Assembly: GCA_036274315.1 (NCBI GenBank)
Contig: DASUFY010000201.1
Span: 316-64,315, forward strand
Direction: 5' to 3'
Length of the DNA: 64,000 nt
Origin: Planctomycetota bacterium
GTDB taxonomy: Bacteria; Planctomycetota; UBA1135; UBA2386
The notes below the pieces were generated by a model. That model ran no database searches. It was not told the DNA's origin and was given only the letters and a program-made list of their open reading frames with translations. The position numbers and the translations under genes are program-made. Shown here in pieces: positions 53,644 to 61,134 of this stretch; position 1 is the stretch's first letter, and each line of letters opens with the position of its first letter.

Positions 53644-55374
53644 CTACTTGCCCGACTTGTCGCCGGCGCCCTCGCCGGCATCGGGCTTCCGGCTGCCGAC
53701 GGCGAACGACTCGCCCTGGCCGATGTCGGCGAGCAGCCGCAGCAGCTTCATGTTCGCCTCGCCGAAGCCGACGGCGTGCATGCGCACGCGGCGGAATGCG
53801 TTCATGCGGCGCACGTCGGCGACCAGCGTCGGGCACTCCGGGATGCCCTGGGACACGAACGGGCCCGAGTAGCGGACGGTCGGCGTGTCGGGCGCCGCTT
53901 CGCCGCGCTCGAAGCTGTGGATCACCTTGCCCTCGCGGTAGTTCGTCTCGAGCAGGGTGAAGTCGTCGACCGACGGGTCGCCGTCGGTCAGCAGCAGGAT
54001 CGTGTCGCAGCCCTCGGTCAACGCGCGTGGGTCGACGTAGGCGAAGTCGCTCGCGAAGCCCCGGCTGTGCAGCGCGTAGGCGAGCCGCAGGCCGCCGTGC
54101 AGGTTGGTGTCGCCGCGCAGCTTGCCCTCGGGCGGCATGATCTCGTTCTGGATCTGCGGGTCGGGCGTGGTGCGCGGCTTGACCGCGTCGAGCTCCGCCA
54201 TCACGCGATCGGTGTTGGCGCGCGACGCCTTGACCATGCCCTTGCACGCGTCGAGCGTGCCCGCCTCGGAGCCGAACCACACGACGCAGAACTCCTTGTC
54301 GGGCGTCAGGCGCGACAGCGAGATGCGCAGGTTCTCGCGGGCCAGGTCCCAGCGCGTCTTGATCAGGTTCCACGGGATGTCGCTCTCGTCGAGCAGCGCG
54401 CCCTTCTTCTTCTTCTGCCGCGGGCCGGTCAGCGGCCCCTGCGGCTTGGCGCTCGGCTCGATCTCCTTCAGCATCGAGTCGGACATGTCGACGACGTAGA
54501 CGAGGCGGTCGCCGTCGGTCTCGATGCCGAAGAAGCGCGGGCTCGCGGTCGTGGTCTGGCGCGCCGGCGTCTTGACCTCGCCGTGCGACAGGATCTCGAG
54601 CCACGCCTCGGGGTTCATGTAGGTGCCCGGTGCCTTGAGGATGATCTGCAGGTGGCGCGCCATCTGCACCTTGGCGGTGTGCGACAGTCCCACCGGGTCC
54701 TCGAGCAGGCCGATGTAGGCGGTCAGCGCCGAGCGGTAGTCGTCGTCGTTGACGCGCGCCCGGTTGCCGTACAGCGCGCCGGTCATCGCACCGAGCAGCA
54801 CCATGCGGTCGCTGTCCTTGCGCGGGAACTCGACGCAGTTGGGCACGATCGCGCCCTTGATCGAACCGTTGCGCGAGTCGCCGAGCGCCAGGATCGCCGC
54901 CGCGCGCAGCGGCGCGCTCTTGTCGGTGGTCGCCACCTGGACCGCTTCGGCGTCGCCCTCGGCGTCCACCTGCGTGCGCAGCGTCTGGTACCAGAGCCAG
55001 ACGTCGCCGGGCCCGCGGTGCGAGCCGCGCAGGGCCCGCAGCCGGTCGACGAACTCCTGCCTGCCGAAGCTGCGCCCGAACACCTCGGCGATCGTGTAGC
55101 GCACGTACTCGGCGTATTCCTTGACGTGGTGGTAGTCGTCGGCGAGCAGCGGCAGCGCCTCGGGCGAGCCGAGGTGGCCGAGCACCTCGCGCGCCTGCCA
55201 GTGGAACAGGAACGCCTTGCGCTTCAGGCACTCCTTGTAGCGCGCGAGCGAGTCTTCGAACGTCTTCTGCGGCCAATCCATCGTCGGGCCGGAGTTCTGG
55301 GCGCGGCCGGGCGCGAGCAGCGACGTCAGTACGGTTGCGGTGAGCAGGAGGGTGCGGGACACGGGAGGAATCAT
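53644..55374 (-). CDS. Secreted helical-repeat plus vWA-domain protein
   Basis: ORF 53644..55446(-) trimmed to the ATG at 55374 (MIPPVSRTLLLTATVLTSLLAPGRAQ). MIDAS motif LVYVVDMSDSM. Later blocks are FCVVWFGSEAG, GDTNLHGGLRLAY and ILLLTDGDPS. The N-terminal half looks HEAT/ARM-like. Confidence 0.85.
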   Translation of the reverse strand: MIPPVSRTLLLTATVLTSLLAPGRAQNSGPTMDWPQKTFEDSLARYKECLKRKAFLFHWQAREVLGHLGSPEALPLLADDYHHVKEYAEYVRYTIAEVFGRSFGRQEFVDRLRALRGSHRGPGDVWLWYQTLRTQVDAEGDAEAVQVATTDKSAPLRAAAILALGDSRNGSIKGAIVPNCVEFPRKDSDRMVLLGAMTGALYGNRARVNDDDYRSALTAYIGLLEDPVGLSHTAKVQMARHLQIILKAPGTYMNPEAWLEILSHGEVKTPARQTTTASPRFFGIETDGDRLVYVVDMSDSMLKEIEPSAKPQGPLTGPRQKKKKGALLDESDIPWNLIKTRWDLARENLRISLSRLTPDKEFCVVWFGSEAGTLDACKGMVKASRANTDRVMAELDAVKPRTTPDPQIQNEIMPPEGKLRGDTNLHGGLRLAYALHSRGFASDFAYVDPRALTEGCDTILLLTDGDPSVDDFTLLETNYREGKVIHSFERGEAAPDTPTVRYSGPFVSQGIPECPTLVADVRRMNAFRRVRMHAVGFGEANMKLLRLLADIGQGESFAVGSRKPDAGEGAGDKSGK

Positions 55375-55608
55375 CTCGAGGCACGACAGTACGGGCCGCG
55401 CGACGTCCGGAGTAGTGCGGAGTCGCTCGGCGGTCACCGGATGCACAACGGGTTCCGGGTCGTTCGGGACAATCCGCGATGCCGGTGCGCCCGGTCGATC
55501 GTGATCTCGAGCCCGCCCGCGCCGTCGCCGGGGCCGGCAACGCTGCCGGGAAGAACGTCGCGCCGCCGCCTTCCAACGCCATCATCCGAACCCCGAGGAG
55601 AGCCACCG

Positions 55609-56058
55609 ATGAGATCGTTCCGCTTCCTGGCCCGCGCGGCCGCGGCCGCGCTTGCCGTGCTTGCCGTGCCGGTTGCTGCGATGACGCGCGCGCCGGCCCC
55701 GCCCGTGCCGCACGACCTGCTCGGCTGCAGTCCCGAGACCATCCTCGCGACCTATGGGTTGGCGTGCGAGCACTGGACCTCGAGCAGCGCCTTCTCGCTC
55801 TCCTACAAGGACAAGAACGGCGCGCTCGGCACGTTCCTGTTCCACGGTGACGCGGCCGTGCAGGTGCCGCCCGACAGCTTCGTGCCCGCGGCGGTCGTGC
55901 CGCCGAAGCCGGGCGAACCCTTTCCCGCGCAGCGCGCGGCCGACGCGGCCCGCTGCCTCGGCAACCCGAAGAGCTCCACGGCCGGCACGAGTTCGATCGA
56001 ACTCGAGTACCCCGATGGCCGCAAGGTGACCCTGGCGCACGGGCGCGTGTTCTTCTGA
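55609..56058 (+). CDS. Small secreted protein of unknown function
   Basis: 149 aa at the tail of ORF 53386..56058. ATG at 55609 is preceded by GAGGAG 8 nt upstream. Signal peptide MRSFRFLARAAAAALAVLAVPVAA. Confidence 0.6.
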   Translation: MRSFRFLARAAAAALAVLAVPVAAMTRAPAPPVPHDLLGCSPETILATYGLACEHWTSSSAFSLSYKDKNGALGTFLFHGDAAVQVPPDSFVPAAVVPPKPGEPFPAQRAADAARCLGNPKSSTAGTSSIELEYPDGRKVTLAHGRVFF

Positions 56059-56095
56059 CCGAGGCGAGACCTCCCGCCACCGCGCCAGCCCCGGT

Positions 56096-57433
56096 TCAGC
56101 GTTGCTCGTTGCGTGTGGCCCGCGCGGCGATGGCTGAACGGTAACGGCCCCGAAGCGGAGCGATCTCGGCTTCGACTCGTGCGCCGGAGCCGCTTGCGTC
56201 GACGTCGATGCCCCGCGCCATCAACCGCTGCACGTCCGCCAGGCGGAGCCAGGACAGACCGCCGAGTCCGAGGCGGCAGATGCGATCGCTGTGCGCGAGT
56301 TCATCGAGACATGCCGCTGTGAGGTTCGGGCAGCGTCCGAGATCCAGCTCGCCAAGATCGGGTAGTGCGCTCAGCTCGGCAATGCCGCGATCCCCGATCC
56401 CGGTCGAGCCGACGCGCAAGCTGCGCAGCCTCGGCAGGCGCTCGCGCAGCACTCGACAGCCGTCGTCGTCGAGCGCCGTGCCGGAGAGCGTGAGTTCGGT
56501 CAGTGATGGCGGCAGGCGATCGACGAACACCGCGGAGAAGGCAGCGTCGGCGCTGTCCAGCACCTCGAGCCGGGTCAGCCGGTCGATGCGCAGCGCATCG
56601 AAGGAACACTTCAGTTGGCGCGCCTCGAGCGTCTCGAGGCCCGTCAGGTGCGCGACGAGCGCGAGGCCCTCGGCAGTGATGTCCTTGCAGCCCGGAATGG
56701 AAAGCTGGCGCAGACCCGGACAGCGTGCGACGGCCCGCATCGCGTCATCGTCGAGCCCACCTGTGTACGAGAGATCCAGGACTCGCAGCGACGGCAGCCG
56801 CGGGAATGCCTCGAACGACTGCGGCGTGAGCGTGGTCGATGCCAGCGCCAGGGACTCCAGCATCGGCAGGTCGCGCAGGCGCTCGATCCCGTTGCCGGTG
56901 ATCGCGATCGGCTTGATCAGGTGCAGTTGTCGCAGGCCCGTGAGGCTCGCCGCGATCTCGAAGACGCGATCCGTTGGCGACGACGACACGTCCCCGAGGC
57001 TCACGACCGTCAATCGTTCGAGCCGCGGGCATTGTCGGGCCAGCTGCTGCAGCACGTCGTCGCCCTGATGCACCACCGTGACTTCGCGCGCGTCCGACGG
57101 CAGTGATGCGACGTCGGTGCCGGGCTCGAGCACATGGGCGCCGGCATGCTGATCCGGCGTCCCCGGATCCTGAAGCCCCTCGTGGTGCACCGCGTCCGCC
57201 GACGCCCTCGACAGTACGCGCACACCGACCACGGCGCCCGCGCAGAGCACGACCATGGCGGCACCGGTCAGCCAGCGCGATCTCGACACGATGGGGCTAG
57301 CCGCGAAGCCGTCGCCCTGTACAGCCGCCATCACGCGGCTCGTCACGTCGGGTGGCAGGTCGCCGCCCTCGATCTCGCCGAGCGCCCATTCCACCTGCTG
57401 CCAGAACGCCTGTTGCTCGACGTCATCGTTCAT
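56096..57433 (-). CDS. Membrane-anchored leucine-rich-repeat (RNI-like LRR) protein, putative anti-sigma factor
   Basis: 445 aa. Its start overlaps the 3' end of the ECF sigma gene by 11 nt. It has a short N-terminal cytoplasmic segment and a TM helix WLTGAAMVVLCAGAVVGVRVL. At least 9 LRR-like units follow (LERLTVVSLGDV, LRQLHLIKP, LESLALASTTL, LRVLDLSYTGGL, LRQLSIPGCKDI, LETLEARQL, LTELTLSGTAL, LRSLRVGSTGI, LGELDLGRCPNL). Confidence 0.75.
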   Translation of the reverse strand: MNDDVEQQAFWQQVEWALGEIEGGDLPPDVTSRVMAAVQGDGFAASPIVSRSRWLTGAAMVVLCAGAVVGVRVLSRASADAVHHEGLQDPGTPDQHAGAHVLEPGTDVASLPSDAREVTVVHQGDDVLQQLARQCPRLERLTVVSLGDVSSSPTDRVFEIAASLTGLRQLHLIKPIAITGNGIERLRDLPMLESLALASTTLTPQSFEAFPRLPSLRVLDLSYTGGLDDDAMRAVARCPGLRQLSIPGCKDITAEGLALVAHLTGLETLEARQLKCSFDALRIDRLTRLEVLDSADAAFSAVFVDRLPPSLTELTLSGTALDDDGCRVLRERLPRLRSLRVGSTGIGDRGIAELSALPDLGELDLGRCPNLTAACLDELAHSDRICRLGLGGLSWLRLADVQRLMARGIDVDASGSGARVEAEIAPLRGRYRSAIAARATRNEQR

Positions 57434-57974
57434 CGTCCACCTCGAGTCGTCGTTCGATGCAGGTGCGTAGCAGCGCCCGCACGCGCTGCAGCAGCGTCTT
57501 GAGCCCGTTCGGCTTCATGCCGAGAGCCGCGGCGGCACGGCCGCGATCACCACGCTGCGCACCGGGGCCGTAGCAGATCCGCAGCGCCGCACGGGCCCTG
57601 CCTTCGAGTTGCTGCGTGCATTCGCGCAGTGCGTTCAACCACGCTTCTCCTTGGTCGGACTCACAATCACGCTGCCACAGTCGATCGACGAGCTCGACCA
57701 ACAGCGCAGTGCGCCGACCCTGGGCCCTGCTCTGCCTGAGGAACAGGTGCTTCGCCGTGCGCCGCAGGAACGTCTCGACCGGGAGCTCGCCGCGGTCGGC
57801 CAGACCCCGGCGCCAAGCGACCACGAACGTGTCTTGCAGCAGCTCCTCGGCCAACTGCGGGCCGGCACCGAGCGCGCGCAGGTAGCGCCAGACACCGGTC
57901 TGATGGCGATCGACGAGCTCCGCCAGACCGCACGCTGACGGCACCGGTCGGTTGTCGGGCGCTGGGTCGGACAT
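57423..57974 (-). CDS. ECF (group 4) sigma-70 factor
   Basis: Tail of ORF 57423..61688(-) trimmed to the ATG at 57974 (MSDPAPDN). Sigma-2 region LVDRHQTGVWRYLRALGAGPQLAEELLQDTFVVAWRR...FLRRTAKHLFLRQSR. Sigma-4 region RAALRICYG...LGMKPNGLKTLLQRVRALLR. Confidence 0.85.
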   Translation of the reverse strand: MSDPAPDNRPVPSACGLAELVDRHQTGVWRYLRALGAGPQLAEELLQDTFVVAWRRGLADRGELPVETFLRRTAKHLFLRQSRAQGRRTALLVELVDRLWQRDCESDQGEAWLNALRECTQQLEGRARAALRICYGPGAQRGDRGRAAAALGMKPNGLKTLLQRVRALLRTCIERRLEVDDER

Positions 57975-58181
57975 CGTCGGCCTGGGGCACGTGTGGCGCA
58001 CGAGACAACATCCCCGGGCATGGGCAATGCTATTCGTGGGCCGGGCCCTTTTCGGAGGCCGCGATGCACCCGCGAAAGCCGCCCGGGCGCGGATCCGCGT
58101 TCGGCGCGCGGCTCCGACACCGCGGCCGACGCCGCGCGTTCGCCGGCTACAGTTGCGAGGATCGTGCCCGCATCGGAATCC

Positions 58182-59039
58182 ATGATCCGCGCCGCAACGC
58201 CAGCGCTCGCGCTGCTGGCTGCGGCGCTGCTCGCACCCTTCGCCACCGCGCAGCGACCTGCGGATCCCGCAACGCCGGCGCAGTCCGCGCCCGGCTTCGA
58301 ACTGCCGTGCACCGGCTACCGCCGCGGGCTGCGCGCCGGCGGCAACTTCGGCGTGCACATCGACCGCAAGGAGTCGCCGTTCCACGACTCGTGGCACCTC
58401 GCCGAGGACGTCTGGTTGCCCGCGGGCACGCCGGTGCGCTGCGTCGCCGACGGCGTCGTGCGCTACTCGGACTGGAGCCCGAGCTGGAAGGACGAGAAGG
58501 GCCGCACGCACTGGAACCTCGGCAACGTGATCGTCGTCGAACACGCGCTCGATCCGCCCGTCGACGGCATGCGGGCCGTCTGTTCGTTCTACGTGCACCT
58601 CGGCAAGGACCGGCGCGCGCAGGTCGGCGACCGCGTGCGGCGCGGGCAGCAGCTCGCGGTGATCGGTGCCGATCGCAGCGCCGAGAACGGGCTCTATCCG
58701 GCGCACCTGCACTTCGGCTTGCACCGGGGTCCGTACGTGCAGATCCCGCCGTCGTTGCGCCGCGAACTCGAGGCGCAGGCCAAGGCCGGCGGCATCGTGC
58801 TCGGCGGCGCGCGGCCGATCCGCGGCGAGATCGAACTCGTGCAGCGCGATGACGACGCCGTGCTCGTGCGCAGCAAGGCCGACGGCGCGTCGATCGTGCT
58901 GTCGCTGCTCGTCGGCAGCACGAGCCCCGGCCACGTGCCGGCCGACATCATGTGCTGGTGCGAGGGCTACGGCGACGAAGCGACCGTCGGCGAGTGGCTG
59001 CGGCCGTCGACGTGGATCGAGGCGCATCCGCCGCGGTGA
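58182..59039 (+). CDS. Secreted M23/LytM-family metallopeptidase
   Basis: ORF 57993..59039 trimmed to the ATG at 58182 (MIRAATPALALLAAALLAPFATAQ). HxxxD motif in SWHLAEDVW. GTPVRCVADGVV and NVIVVEH are present, plus HxH in PAHLHFGLH. Confidence 0.75.
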   Translation: MIRAATPALALLAAALLAPFATAQRPADPATPAQSAPGFELPCTGYRRGLRAGGNFGVHIDRKESPFHDSWHLAEDVWLPAGTPVRCVADGVVRYSDWSPSWKDEKGRTHWNLGNVIVVEHALDPPVDGMRAVCSFYVHLGKDRRAQVGDRVRRGQQLAVIGADRSAENGLYPAHLHFGLHRGPYVQIPPSLRRELEAQAKAGGIVLGGARPIRGEIELVQRDDDAVLVRSKADGASIVLSLLVGSTSPGHVPADIMCWCEGYGDEATVGEWLRPSTWIEAHPPR

Positions 59040-59252
59040 CCCGCGCGCGCGCCGGCGCGCAGTCCCTGGTGCCCGAGGTGGCGCGGGCGCCGTTGGTGGG
59101 GGGCCGCTGGCCACGCCGCAACGGTCCGGCGCACCGCCCTCGCCATCGGGTCGCGCCGCCTGCCAGCCCTTCCGGCTCGCAACTTCCCTGCAAGCCGGCG
59201 CCGATTCGCGTAGCGTGCACGACCCGCTTCTCCCCCGAGCCCGAGGTTCCCC

Positions 59253-61010
59253 ATGCGAGCCGCAGCGACCCTGATCCTGTTCGGAGCGCTCCCGGCGTTC
59301 CTTCCCGCCCAACAGAACCGCGACGACCTGACGCCGCTCGACATCGGCTACACGGTGTCGGTGCTCGACGACAAGGCGACCGTGCACGTCGACGTCGACG
59401 TGCACCACCTCGCGCGACCGACGACGCGCGTCGCGATCCCCAACTGGATGCCGGGCGCCTACGGCATCCGCGACTTCGGCGCCCAGATCGACGGGCTCAC
59501 CGCGACCAGCGGCGAGCGCAAGCTCGACGTGCTGCAGATCGATCCGTTGACGTGGTCGATCGACACGCAGGGCATCGACACGATGCGCGTCGCCTACGAC
59601 ACGAAGCAGCGGCCGGGCCGCTTCGGGCCGCGCGCGACCGGCGACGAGAAGACCGGCATGCAGATCTCGGGACCCGCCACGTACGTGTACGTCGTCGGTG
59701 CCAAGGAACGCCCCGTGACCGTGCGCTACCGGCTGCCCGAGGGCTGGAAGTACGCCAACGGCCTGCTGCCGACCGACGACCCGCTCGTGCGCCGCGCGCG
59801 CGACTACGACACGTTCATCGACGCGCCGACGCAGGTCGGCATCTTCAAGTCGTACGACTTCGACGTGAACGGCACGCCGTTCCAGTGCGTGTTCTTCGAG
59901 AACCAGCAGCGCTACGACTTCGACGTGCCCGCGTTCGTCGACCTCGTCAAGCGCATTGCTGCCTACGAGGGTTCGCTGTTCGGCAGCTTCCCGTTCCCCA
60001 ACTACGTGTTCCTGTTCACGATCCCCGGCGGCGGCGGACTCGAACACCTGAACTCGACGAGCATCGGCCTCAACGCGGCGGCCCAGGCCAAGGACCCGCG
60101 CGCCGGCGCGTTCGTGACCGCGCACGAGTTCTTCCACCTGTGGAACGTCAAGCGCATCCGGCCGAAGGTGCTCGGGCCGTTCGAGTACGAGCACGAGAAC
60201 TACACCGGCAACCTGTGGGTGTCCGAGGGCTGGACCTCGTACTACGGCGATCTCGCGCTCGTGCGCACGGGCATCACGTCGAGGGACGAGTTCCTGTCGT
60301 CGTTCGCTCGCTACATCCAGACCGAGCTCAACAAGGATTCGCGCAAAGAGCACTCGGTCTACTGGGCCAGCCGCAACGTCTGGCATCGCGAACGCGACGA
60401 GGCGCCGCGCGTCGACTACTACGCCAAGGGCGAGATGCTCGGCGCGATGATCGACCTGAAGATCCGCCACGAGACCGACAACCGCAAGTCGCTCGACGAC
60501 GTCATGGTGTTCCTGAACCGCTGGTTCGCCGAGCGCGGCGTCGGCTTCGAGGAGGGCGACATCGAGCGCGCCTGCACCGCGATCAGCAACCACGACTTCG
60601 GCGAGTTCTTCGCGCGGCACGTGCGCGGCACGCTCGATCCGCCGCTGGCCGAGTACCTGGCCTACGCCGGCATCGAGTACCGCGAGCAGAACGAGGTCGC
60701 GTCGGCGCTGCCGTTCGAGACGCGGCGCGGCGGCAACGGGCTGCGCGTCACGACCGCGAGCGTCGCCGAGGTGCAGACCGGCGACGTGGTCACCGCGCTC
60801 GGCAGCGAACGCGGCGTGCAGCCGGCGGTCTTCTTGAAGGAACGCAAGCCCGGCGAGAAGGTCCAGGTCGAGCTGCTGCGCGACGGCAAGACCGAGCAGG
60901 TCGAGGTGTCGCTGCGCGAGCAGAAGCGCATGACGCCGACGCTGCGGTTCGTCGACGCGCCGACCGAGCAGCAGCAGCGCATCCGCGACGGCTGGCTCGG
61001 CGGCAAGTAG
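59253..61010 (+). CDS. M61-family glycyl aminopeptidase with C-terminal PDZ-like domain
   Basis: 585 aa. Signal MRAAATLILFGALPAFLPAQ. The M61 hallmark is VTAHEFFHLWNVKRIRP...WVSEGWTSYYG. The C-terminus (VQTGDVVTALGS...VQVELLRDGK) is PDZ-like. Confidence 0.9.
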   Translation: MRAAATLILFGALPAFLPAQQNRDDLTPLDIGYTVSVLDDKATVHVDVDVHHLARPTTRVAIPNWMPGAYGIRDFGAQIDGLTATSGERKLDVLQIDPLTWSIDTQGIDTMRVAYDTKQRPGRFGPRATGDEKTGMQISGPATYVYVVGAKERPVTVRYRLPEGWKYANGLLPTDDPLVRRARDYDTFIDAPTQVGIFKSYDFDVNGTPFQCVFFENQQRYDFDVPAFVDLVKRIAAYEGSLFGSFPFPNYVFLFTIPGGGGLEHLNSTSIGLNAAAQAKDPRAGAFVTAHEFFHLWNVKRIRPKVLGPFEYEHENYTGNLWVSEGWTSYYGDLALVRTGITSRDEFLSSFARYIQTELNKDSRKEHSVYWASRNVWHRERDEAPRVDYYAKGEMLGAMIDLKIRHETDNRKSLDDVMVFLNRWFAERGVGFEEGDIERACTAISNHDFGEFFARHVRGTLDPPLAEYLAYAGIEYREQNEVASALPFETRRGGNGLRVTTASVAEVQTGDVVTALGSERGVQPAVFLKERKPGEKVQVELLRDGKTEQVEVSLREQKRMTPTLRFVDAPTEQQQRIRDGWLGGK

Positions 61011-61134
61011 CGCGCGGGCCCGCCGCTCCCGGGACCTCCCGCCGGAAGCGGTCAATCCAGCCCGAGCGCGCCGAGCAACTCCGCGAGTCGCCGCCGCCGC
61101 CCCCAGGTATCCTGGCCTGCTCGCGGAGTCCGTC

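Noticed and set aside
48363-53681. Composite giant ORFs suggesting proteins of 1100-1770 aa: 48363..53681(-), 57423..61688(-), 41005..44451(-), 41116..44256(+), 49296..53588(+), 44275..48366(+) and 53386..56058(+).
   Set aside because: Only the C-terminal part of each is protein-like, and it begins at an internal ATG followed by a signal peptide or a family N-terminus. The upstream parts are Arg/Ala-rich antisense or off-frame read-through across neighbouring genes. I trimmed each to the internal start.
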